Below, piece after piece: positions 53,137-64,000 of a stretch of DNA of 64,000 bases. The translations under genes and the position numbers were made by a program. The notes below the pieces were generated by a model. It made no database searches, was not told the origin of the DNA, and worked only from the letters and a program-made list of their open reading frames with translations. The DNA lies in contig OZ024750.1 in the NCBI GenBank assembly GCA_964016885.1, positions 30,380,001-30,444,000 on the forward strand. Reading direction: 5' to 3'. Source of the DNA: Eledone cirrhosa. Lineage: Eukaryota. The stretch's first letter is position 1; every line of letters begins with the position of its first letter.

Positions 53137-53548
53137 TCAATAGAACACAATAGGCCTGACCTGGTGGTTTTGGACAAGGATAAAAGATTGTGTCTGATTG
53201 TGGATGTAGCCTGCCCCTTTGACACGAGAGTGCAAGAAAAGGAGAGGGAGAAAATTAACCAATACCAGGATTTAAAGTGGGAGGTAAAAAGGATTTGGAA
53301 CTGCCATGAAATCAAGGTCATCCCGATTGTCATAGGAGCACTAGGTACTATCTCAAACAGTTTCCAAGGATGGTTAAAGAAGATTAGTCCAGCCCCACTT
53401 TTTGGAACACTTCAAAAGACATGCTTGCTGGGAACAGCAAGAACCCTCCGATACGTCCTGAATATCTGAGGCTGCAGGTAGTGGCTTGATATTCACTTCA
53501 ACAAACTTTCCAGTTAAATAACATCAATGACTGAGACTCAAAGAACAA
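53137..53548 (+). mobile_element. Second R4/Dong-like element, endonuclease C-terminus plus 3' UTR
   Basis: IEHNRPDLVV...VDVACP...EKINQYQDL...PIVIGALG...LLGTARTLR; (AAT)n tail. Confidence 0.85.
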
Positions 53549-53889
53549 TAATAATAATAATAATTGTTTCTACTTTTGGCACAAGGCCAGCAATCACCCA
53601 ATGCATTACTGGTACTTTATTCTATCAACCCCGAAAGGATGAAAGGCAAAGTTAACCTCGGCGGGATTTGAACTCAGAATAATAATAATAATGCTTTCTT
53701 TATTAACCACAAGGGTTTACATAAAGTAGACATTAAGGACAGTACAGGACAATACAGGACGGTACAAATAATAATAATAACAACAATAATAATAATAATA
53801 ATTATTATTTTTATTATTATTATTATTATTGTTGTTGTCGTTGTTGTTGTTGTCCCCTACATGCTGGCCCTTGTGGCCAATAAATGAAA

Positions 53890-53929
<40 letters not shown>

Positions 53930-54789
53930 TTTTGATATTCTGTCACACTGAGAACAAATAAAGAAATATATTTTTTTTATCTTCAGAAGACATAGCGTGA
54001 TAAATGTGAAAACAATTTGGACATGTGGAGATGTTCTGACTGAATAGATATAATTTTAACAATCAACTTTATTGTTACATGAGATTCTTTAATGGATTAG
54101 GTTTGCATGATCAGTAATGGTGGCAGCAATAATTGTATTATTTTCAGACAATGAAACAGAAATACACAAATTATTTTTCTGGGCAAGATCTACAGAGATA
54201 ATTTTTTTTTTCTACTTTACCAAACATAATAAATTACTACTGAAACTCAACACAAACATTTTATAGACTATTATTGTGATTTCTTTATACAAATATGATA
54301 AATAAGATGTTTGTTTTTTTGGAGTACAGGATGTATTTCAATCTCAGCTACATTAAAGTGTGTGAGGAAGCTATGATCTTCCCACATATTCTATGTTGAA
54401 TTCCTGAGGCCTAGTGTCTTCAGGGACTCTAGATCCATGTCTATCTGTTATGCTGTAATAAAAAGAAATAAGAAATAAAAACCTTCACTTCTTGATCTGG
54501 CTGGGATATTTTTCTTCAATGTAAAGTAATTTTTTATGGCAGCAAACTAGAATGTCAGATAGAAAGCTTTGTAGTGTTTATTTCAGATCTCTGCTCTCAG
54601 AGTTCAAATTCCACCGAGGTCAACTTTGCTTTTCATCCTTTCGAGATCGATAAAAATAGTACTAGTCTAGTACACACACCACCACTAACATCACAACCAC
54701 CACCACTACCACCACTACCACCACCATCACTACCACTACCATACCACCATCATCATCACCACCACCAGTACTAAAAACACCACCACAAC

Positions 54790-56288
54790 CACCAGTACTA
54801 CCACCTTACAGATTATTACTGAGTGTATTTTATCATGGTACCAGCACTACCACTTTACAGAGTGTACTGGGTATATTTTATCATGGTACCAGCACTACCA
54901 CTTTACAGAGTATATTGGGTATATTTTATCATGGCACCAGTACTACCACTTTACAGACTGTACTGGGTGTATTTTATCATGGTACCAATACTACCACTTT
55001 ACAAAGTGTACTGGGTATATTTTATCATGGTACCAGCATTACCACTTTACAGAGTGTACTGGGTGTATTTTATCATGAGGCCAGCACTACCACTTTACAA
55101 AGTGTACTGGGTGTATTTTATCATGGTACCAGCACTACCACTTTACAGAGTATATTGGGTATATTTTATCATGGCACCAGTACTACCACTTTACAGACTG
55201 TACTGGGTGTATTTTATCATGGTACCAGTACTACCACTTTACAAAGTGTACTGGGTATATTTTATCATGGTACCAGCACTACCACTTTACAGACTGTACT
55301 GGGTGTATTTTATCATGGTACCAATACTACCACTTTACAAAGTGTACTGGGTATATTTTATCATGGTACCAGCACTACCTCTTTACAGAGTGTACTGGGT
55401 ATATTTTATCATGGTACCAGCATTACCACTTTACAGAGTGTACTGGGTGTATTTTATCATGAGGCCAGCACTACCACTTTACAGAGTGTACTGGGTATAT
55501 TTTATCATGGTACCAGTACTACCACTTTACAGAGTGTACTGGGTATATTTTATCATGGTACCAGCACTACCACTTTACAGAGTGTACTGGGTATATTTTA
55601 TCATGGTACCAGTACTACCACTTTACAGAGTGTACTGGGTATATTTTATCATGGTACCAGCACTACCACTTTACAGAGTGTACTGGGTATATTTTATCAT
55701 GGTACCAGTACTACCACTTTACAGAGTGTACTGGGTATATTTTATCATGGTACCAGCACTACCACTTTACAGAGTGTACTGGGTATATTTTATCATGGTA
55801 CCAGCACTACCTCTTTACAGAGTGTACTGGGTGTATTTTATCATGAGGCCAGCACTACCACTTTACAGAGTGTACTGGGTGTATTTTATCATGGTACCAG
55901 CACTACCACTTTACAGAGTGTACTGGGTATATTTTATCATGGTACCAGTACTACCACTTTACAGAGTGTACTGGGTATATTTTATCATGGTACCAGCACT
56001 ACCACTTTACAGAGTGTACTGGGTATATTTTATCATGGTACCAGTACTACCACTTTACAGAGTGTACTGGGTATATTTTATCATGGTACCAGCACTACCA
56101 CTTTACAGAGTGTACTGGGTATATTTTATCATGGTACCAGCACTACCTCTTTACAGAGTGTACTGGGTGTATTTTATCATGAGGCCAGCACTACCACTTT
56201 ACAGAGTGTACTGGGTGTATTTTATCATGGTACCAGCACTACCACTTTACAGAGTGTACTGGGTGTATTTTATCATGAGGCCAGCACT
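54790..56288. repeat. 48-bp minisatellite related to the RTE tail module
   Basis: Unit gtaccagcactaccactttacagagtgtactgggt(a/g)tattttatcatg. Confidence 0.96.
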
Positions 56289-56292
56289 CTTG

Positions 56293-56992
56293 AGGATGAT
56301 GATGATAATGGTGGTGGTGGTGGTGGTGGTGAGGATGATGATAATAAAGATGATGATGATGGTAGTGTTCATTGTGGTGGTTGTGGTACTGATGATGATA
56401 GTGATTGATGATGATGATGGCGACGACAGTGATGATGGTGATGATAATGATGATGGTGATGATAATGATGGTAATGGAAATACTGATGATAATGACAATG
56501 ATGGTGATGATGACAACGATGATGACGATGACGATGATGATGATGATGATAATGATGATGATAATGATAATGATAATGATGACGATGATGATGATGATAA
56601 AGATAATGATGATGATGATAATGATAATGATAATGATAATGATGACGATGATGATGATGATAAAGATAATGATGATGATGATAATGATAATGATAATGAT
56701 AATGATGATGATAATGAAGATAATGTTGATGATAATGATAATGATGATGATAATGGTGATGATGATGATGATGATAATGATAATGATGATGATGATGATG
56801 ATGATGATAATAATGATGATGATGATAATGGTGATGATAATGATAATGATGATGATGATGATAATGATAATGATGATGATGATGATGATGATGATAATGA
56901 TAATGATAATGATAATGATGATGATAATGATAATGATGATGATAATGACAATGATGATGATAATGATGATGATAATGATGCTGATGATGATA
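56293..56992. repeat. (GAT/AAT)n microsatellite
   Basis: Direct reading. Confidence 0.95.
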
Positions 56993-57199
56993 GTCTTATT
57001 TCTCAACAGTTGTAGAATGTTATGCTGCTATTCAAGAAAATATTATTATTTATCCATTATTAATAATGATTTGTCTGGCTACAGGTTGAAATGGTTGCTT
57101 TACAATATTCTAAATAATTACTCACTAAATAGGTGAAAAATTATGTAAAATATTTAGTTTTTAGAGGAGCTTTCCCCATCATACACACACACACACACA

Positions 57200-59170
57200 C
57201 ACACCACCACCACAGCTGCCACCACCACCACCACCACTAACACTACCATACCACCATCACCACCACAGCTGCCACCACCACCACTAACACTACCATACCA
57301 CCATCACCACCACATCTGCCACCACCACCACCACCACCACCACTAACACTACCATACCACCATCACCACCACATCTGCCACCACCACCACCACCACCACC
57401 ACTAACACTACCATACCACCATCACCACCACATCTGCCACCACCACCACCACCACCACCACTAACACTACCATACCACCATCACCACCACATCTGCCACC
57501 ACCACCACCACCACCACCACTAACACTACCATACCACCATCACCACCACAGCTGCCACCACTACCACTACCATACCACCATCACCATCACCACCACCACT
57601 ACCACTACCACTACCATACCGCCATTACCACCACCACTAACACTACCATACCGCCATCACCATCACCACCACCACTACCACTACCACTACCATACCACCA
57701 TCACCATCACCACCACCACTACCACTACCACTACCATACCACCATCACCATCACCACCACCACTACCACTACCACTACCATACCGCCATCACCACCACCA
57801 CTAACACTACCATACTGCCATCACCATCACCACCACCATCACCACCACCACTAACACTACCACCAGTACCACTACCATACTACCACAGCTGCCACCACCG
57901 CCACCACTAACACTACCATACCACCATCACCATCACCACTACCACTACCATACGGCCATCACCATCACCACCACCACTAACACTACCATAGCACCATCAC
58001 CACCACTACTACCACTACAATACCGCCATCACCACCACCACCACCACTAAGATTACCATACCACCATCACTATCACCACCACCACTAACACCACCACAGC
58101 TTCCACCACCACCACTACCATACCACCATCACTATCACCACCACCACTAACACCACCACAGCTTCCACCACCACCACTACCATACCACCATCACTATCAC
58201 CACCACCACTAACACCACCACAGCTTCCACCACCACCACTACCATACCACCATCACTATCACCACCACCACTAACACCACCACAGCTTCCACCACCACCA
58301 CTACCATACCACCATCACTATCACCACCACCACTAACACCACCACAGCTTCCACCACCACCACTACCATACCACCATCACTATCACCACCACCACTAACA
58401 CCACCACAGCTGCCACCACCACCAATACCACCACCATACCACCATCACTATCAGCACCACCACTAACACCACCACCACCATCACCACCACCACTACCATA
58501 CCACCATCACCATCACCACCACCACTAACACCACCACGGCTGCCACCACTATCACCACTACCACTACCATACCACCATCACCATCACCACCTCCACTAAC
58601 ACCACTACCACTAACACCACTACCACCATCACCACCACTACCATACCACCATCACCATCACCACCACCACTAACACCACCACCACCATCACCATCACCAT
58701 CACCACTCCCACTAACACCACCAGAGCTGCCACCACCACTACCATACCACCATCACCATCACCACCACCACTACCATACCACCATCACCATCACCACCAC
58801 CACTAACACTACCACTACCATACCACCACCACTAACACCACCACCACCATCACCACCACTACCATACCACCATCACCATCACCACCCCACTAACACCATC
58901 AGAGCTGCCACCACCACCACCACTACCACTACCATACCACCATCACCATCACCACCACCACTAACACGATCACCACCACCACTACCATCACCATCACTAC
59001 CACACCACCATCACCATCAGCACCACCACTAACACCATCATCACCATCACTACCATCACCACCATCACTACAGCCACCAGCATCTACACCAGCACTACTA
59101 TTGCTGCCACCATCACCATCATTACTGCCACCCCCACTATCACCACTGCTGCCACTACCACCAGTACTAC
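57200..59170. repeat. (CAC)-based compound satellite with higher-order units
   Basis: Direct reading. Confidence 0.9.
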
Positions 59171-59407
59171 CAGGTATTACATGTATGGTGTCTGGTGGAG
59201 TAGCAGTAATAAGAAAAGGAGGAAAGATGGTATCACATATTCAACATCATTTTATTTCATTACATCATCCCGTTATATACATTTTAAAGGTATGGAAAAA
59301 TTGTTATTCAACAATTATTCAATACGTTTTCATCAGACTGGAAATTTGAATGTAAATAAACAGAAAGATTGTTTTTGTTGATATGCCCGCCATCTGGATT
59401 GGCAAGC

Positions 59408-59753
59408 ATCATCATCATTCATCATTTCATTTTATGTCCGCTTTTTCCCTGCTTGCAAGGGTGGGACGGGAACTGATGCTGGCTTGATTTCTACAGCTGG
59501 ATGCCCTTCCTAACACCAACCTCATTTACAGTGAGTACTGGGTGCTTTTTTGCCGTGGCACCTCCACGACCACTTTGCAGTGGAATGATAGGGAACCCAG
59601 TCCCTATCATCTCATTTCTACAGCTGAGTAAACTGGAGCAATGTGAAATAAAGTGTCTTGCTCAAGGAAACAACACATCACCCGGTCTGAGAATTGAACT
59701 CACAACCTTTCGATTGCAAGGCCAATGCTCTAACCACTAAGCCATGTGCCTCC
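59408..59753 (-). mobile_element. SINE family A
   Basis: Reverse complement of 24983-25321. Confidence 0.92.
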
Positions 59754-59823
59754 ATTAAGCATATGTCTCCCAATTCTAGTAGTGGACATGATTGAATTAC
59801 AATGGTGGTAGCAGTAGTTGAGT

Positions 59824-61310
59824 GAAGGCACATGGCTTTGTAGTTAGGATATTCAGCTCACAATCACAAGGTTGTGAGTTTGGTTCCCGGTGGCACATTG
59901 TGTCCTTCAGCAAGACACTTTATTTCACGTGGCTCCAGTCCACTGTGTCCTTAAGCAAGACACTTTATTTCACGTGGCTCCAGTCCACTGTGTCCTTAAG
60001 CAAGACACTTTATTTCACGTGGCTCCAGTCCACTGTGTCCTTAAGCAAGACACTTTATTTCACGTGGCTCCAGTCCACTGTGTCCTTCAGCAAGACACTT
60101 TATTTCACGTGGCTCCAGTCCACTGTGTCCTTAAGCAAGACACTTTATTTCACGTGGCTCCAGTCCACTGTGTCCTTCAGCAAGACACTTTATTTCACGT
60201 GGCTCCAGTCCACTGTGTCCTTCAGCAAGACACTTTATTTCACGTGGCTCCAGTCCACTGTGTCCTTCAGCAAGACACTTTATTTCACGTGGCTCCAGTC
60301 CACTGTGTCCTTAAGCAAGACACTTTATTTCACGTGGCTCCAGTCCACTGTGTCCTTCAGCAAGACACTTTATTTCACGTGGCTCCAGTCCACTGTGTCC
60401 TTAAGCAAGACACTTTATTTCACGTGGCTCCAGTCCACTGTGTCCTTAAGCAAGACACTTTATTTCACGTGGCTCCAGTCCACTGTGTCCTTAAGCAAGA
60501 CACTTTATTTCACATGGCTCCAGTCCACTGTGTCCTTCAGCAAGACACTTTATTTCACGTGGCTCCAGTCCACTGTGTCCTTAAGCAAGACACTTTATTT
60601 CACGTGGCTCCAGTCCACTGTGTCCTTAAGCAAGACACTTTATTTCACGTGGCTCCAGTCCACTGTGTCCTTAAGCAAGACACTTTATTTCACGTGGCTC
60701 CAGTCCACTGTGTCCTTAAGCAAGACACTTTATTTCACGTGGCTCCAGTCCACTGTGTCCTTAAGCAAGACACTTTATTTCACGTGGCTCCAGTCCACTC
60801 AGCTGGCAAAAATGAGTTGTACCTGTAATTTTCAGAGTCAGCTTTGTCACATTCTGTGTCACACTGAATCTTCCTGAGAACTACGTTAAGGGTACATGTG
60901 TCTGTGGAATACTCAGCCACTTGCACATTCATTTCACGAGGAGGCTGTTCCATTGATCGGATCAACTGGAAAACTTGTCGTCATAACTGATGGAATGCTT
61001 GTCACATTCTGTGTCACACTGAATCTTCCTGAGAACTACGTTAAGGGTACATGTGTCTGTGGAATACTCAGCCACTCGCACGTTCATTTCACGAGGAGGC
61101 TGTTCCATTGATCGGATCAACTGGAAAACTTGTCGTCATAACTGATGGAATGCTTGTCACATTCTGTGTCACACTGAATCTTCCTGAGAACTATGTTAAG
61201 GGTACATGTGTCTGTGGAATACTCAGCCACTCGCACGTTCATTTCACGAGGAGGCTGTTCCATTGATCGGATCAACTGGAACACTTGTCGTCATAACTGA
61301 TGGAATGCCA
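59824..61310 (+). mobile_element. tRNA-SINE inflated by an internal 45-bp array (~20 copies, 59897-60798) and a 155-bp triplication (60845-61308)
   Basis: Head gaaggcacatggctttgtagttagg; unit tgtgtccttaagcaagacactttatttcacgtggctccagtccac; the SINE resumes tcagctggcaaaaatgagt. Confidence 0.9.
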
Positions 61311-61601
61311 GTTAGCTGTAGTTGGTTTAAGTAGGTCAGTTTACTAAAAGAAGTCAGGCTATTCAATCTATGATTAATTGTTCTGGTTCCTAAAGTGTTA
61401 TCTCGCCATCGATTAATCTATTTATTGCCTTTATCTGTTAGTCCCCAGTAGATGGTGGTAAAGGTTGTTTTCCCCTAACAGCTAAGTGAGTTAATTTGGA
61501 ATAGGGATTTAATGTCTTTATCTGTTAGTCCCCAGCTGGTGATAAAGGTTGTTTTCCCTGAACTGCCAAGTTAGTGCTGGTCATTTGGGATAGGGACTTA
61601 A

Positions 61602-61827
61602 CCCTTTAGCATTTACATTACTCTATATTTTCATGGTATTTACATTACTCTATATTTACTATTATATTCACATAATATCTCACATAATCTCGAATCTATG
61701 AGATCTTGATATTACTTATTTTGAGAACAATACCTTAACATTGGTGTGAGTAGCCAGTTATAGAGGGTTTGTACAGAAAGAGGTGAGAGAATTCTGCCCA
61801 GATACTGCCGGTTTAAATGCTAAAGGG
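61602..61827. mobile_element. piggyBac-like MITE with TTAA TSD
   Basis: ttaa|ccctttagcattta...taaatgctaaaggg|ttaa; the neighbouring repeat unit shows the empty site. Confidence 0.85.
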
Positions 61828-62367
61828 TTAATGCCTTTATCTGTTAGTCCCTTCTGGTGGTAAAGGTGGTTTTCCCCTAAGTGCCAAATTAATGCTGGTC
61901 ATTTGGGATAGGGACTTAGTTGCATTGAACCAGACTGGAGATAGACCATAGTTGGATCGGTACATTATTAAATCATGTAAATAACACATTTCTATACCAT
62001 CTTGTTAAAAAGCTCACATATCTTGTTTTCATCACTGAATATTTCAAACAAACACAAACACAAACAACAATTTTAAATAATTGAATTATACGCTTTTTAA
62101 TATAGGACATTTTTTTCTTTCTTTCTCATTCAACTGGAATAATTATTTCATCTCTAATATTCCAGTATTTCCTAATGAGCTGACAACATTCAAGAATATT
62201 CTAATAATAGAGGCAGACACTATTATATTCATATTTCTGAACATTAGAACCATTCTTGGAATGAAGATATTTATGTCTGACCAACAAATTATTCAGATTA
62301 CTTCCTGTAAATAAACTGAGACTAGGATAATGTTTGTTAATTATATATCCGCAGTTGTCTCCCTTAA

Positions 62368-62620
62368 CCCTTTTGATACCCTTCCCCACCCCATCCCACC
62401 ATCGTCTGGTTTTATAAGCTCTTTATTTTAATGTTTATATTTATCTAAAAACTTCCATCATAATTTTTGGTATGAACCTTTGTTGAGTTATGTTCCAAAT
62501 ACCAAATTGATTATGAGAAAGTTGGTTATATTATGAAATCCTTCAAAATTCTTGATTATTTTCAAAATGACTTGAAAATCATAGGCAGTGTATGTCATTA
62601 GAAATGTAGTAATGGAAGGG
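62368..62620. mobile_element. Second TTAA-flanked MITE family
   Basis: ttaa|cccttt...gaaggg|ttaa; interior fragments recur at ~22.5, 25.7 and 35.5-36.4 kb. Confidence 0.6.
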
Positions 62621-62897
62621 TTAAAGCGTTTATAGTTACCTAAAAGACTTCCCACCATAGTTTTATGTAAGAACCTTTGTTAAGTTATGTTCCACTAACT
62701 TAATAATGAGGAAGTTACCGTATATACTCAAATATAAGCCAACTATTTCATGTCTGAGAAATAGGTGAAAATCCAAACCTCATTTATAAACTGAGGCAGC
62801 TAATCAACACATTATTTAGATGGCATATATAAGCCTACAACCCATTTTACTATCGATTTTTTGGTCACATATTCCTCGGCTCATATTTGAGTATATA

Positions 62898-63567
62898 CAA
62901 AGCATAAACGAACTAAGGAAAAAATTAGAAATAAGAGGGATCAGATGTTGTTTACTCGAGAGAAGGCTACGTTGGTATGGTCACGTGATGCGCATGAAAG
63001 ACGACAGCTGTATAACAAAGTGCAGGGCAATAAAGATAGATGGTAGCCACGGAGTAGGCAGACCCAGGAAAACCTGGGACGAGCTGATAAATTCCGACCT
63101 CACACACTTACACCTCTCCAAGACAATGTCACTGGACCGAGACCTTTGGCGGTACTCAGTAACAGAGAAGACCCGCCTTACCTAAATACAAAGTAAAACC
63201 TACTAGTCAGTAGGCATCTCTAACAAAATACATCCCCGTCCCACCCCATCCACACCGCCCCCTTCTATGCAAAGTTATGTTGGTGCCACAACATCCAGGC
63301 CAAAACAAACGAGATCGTGTAGGTGTCACGACAAAAAAACACACAATCCACGCTGTAATGTGGCCGTGTAGGCAACATGGTAAAAACCTCCCAGTCCACA
63401 CTGTAAATGTGGTTGGTGTTAGGAAGGGCATCCAGCTGTAGAAAACCTGCCAGACAGTCCTATGCGAGCAAGACAACCACTCTTGCCTCAAGTGGGAAAA
63501 CCCCCGTCCAAACGCATGCAAGCGTGGAACAGGGACGTTAAACGATGATGATGATGATGATGATGAC
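62898..63567 (+). mobile_element. RTE family 2, 3' fragment
   Basis: Near identical to 24131-24930. Confidence 0.92.
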
Positions 63568-63779
63568 GACAGTAGTTATATTACTAAATCACTCCAAATT
63601 CTTGATTATTTTCAGAACTACTTGAAAATGATGATGATGATGATGATGACATCGTGTGACAAGACTCACAATTTGAATTTACAGATACAGTGTCCATCCA
63701 GGTGGCATCACGCTGAATCTTCCTGAGAATTACAGTAAAGGGGTTCATCATGTGTCTGCAGAATGTTCAGTCATTTGCA

Positions 63780-63993
63780 CCCTTTAGCGTTTACATTATT
63801 CTATATATACTATTATATTTTCATGGTAAAGACTTTATCTCACATAATATTGAATCTATGAGATTTTGATGATGTTATTATCTATTCTGAGAAGAATACA
63901 TTAATGTCAGTATGAGTGGCCGGTTGTAGCCAGTCAGAACTGAAAGGGGTGAGAGAATTCTGGCCAGATATGGCCAGTTTAAATGCTAAAGGG
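63780..63993. mobile_element. piggyBac-like MITE (same family as 61602-61827)
   Basis: ccctttagcgttta...taaatgctaaaggg|ttaa. Confidence 0.75.
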
Positions 63994-64000
63994 TTAACCC

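Noticed and set aside
54823-57015. 730-aa ORF with 16-aa repeats and a poly-Asp tail (could suggest an acidic biomineral protein)
   Set aside because: It is a 48-bp transposon-derived minisatellite followed by (GAT)n, open in several frames, with no signal peptide or splice context

Overview
Repeat-dense animal genomic DNA, most likely an octopus or other coleoid cephalopod. That assignment is inferred from the tRNA-derived SINEs, RTE LINEs with (GAT)n tails and very abundant microsatellites. There is no complete host gene, and nearly all long ORFs in the track are translations of simple repeats. Real protein-coding content is limited to retroelement fragments (RTE-clade reverse transcriptase; R4/Dong-like restriction-like endonuclease C-termini) plus two tentative exons. 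The standout is 14740-17592: five head-to-tail ~500-bp non-coding units, each carrying an intact minimal type I hammerhead ribozyme. They are preceded by an inverted partial copy and bounded by a 12-bp target-site duplication, consistent with a young retrozyme / Penelope-type circular-RNA element. Two further single-mutation hammerheads lie at ~23.2 kb and ~45.75 kb. Other observations: many minisatellites expanded from inside transposons, a head-to-head SINE pair under one TSD, a SINE sharing its tail with an RTE, several MITE families, and a candidate recursive splice site. All structures were read by eye; nothing was folded or searched computationally.
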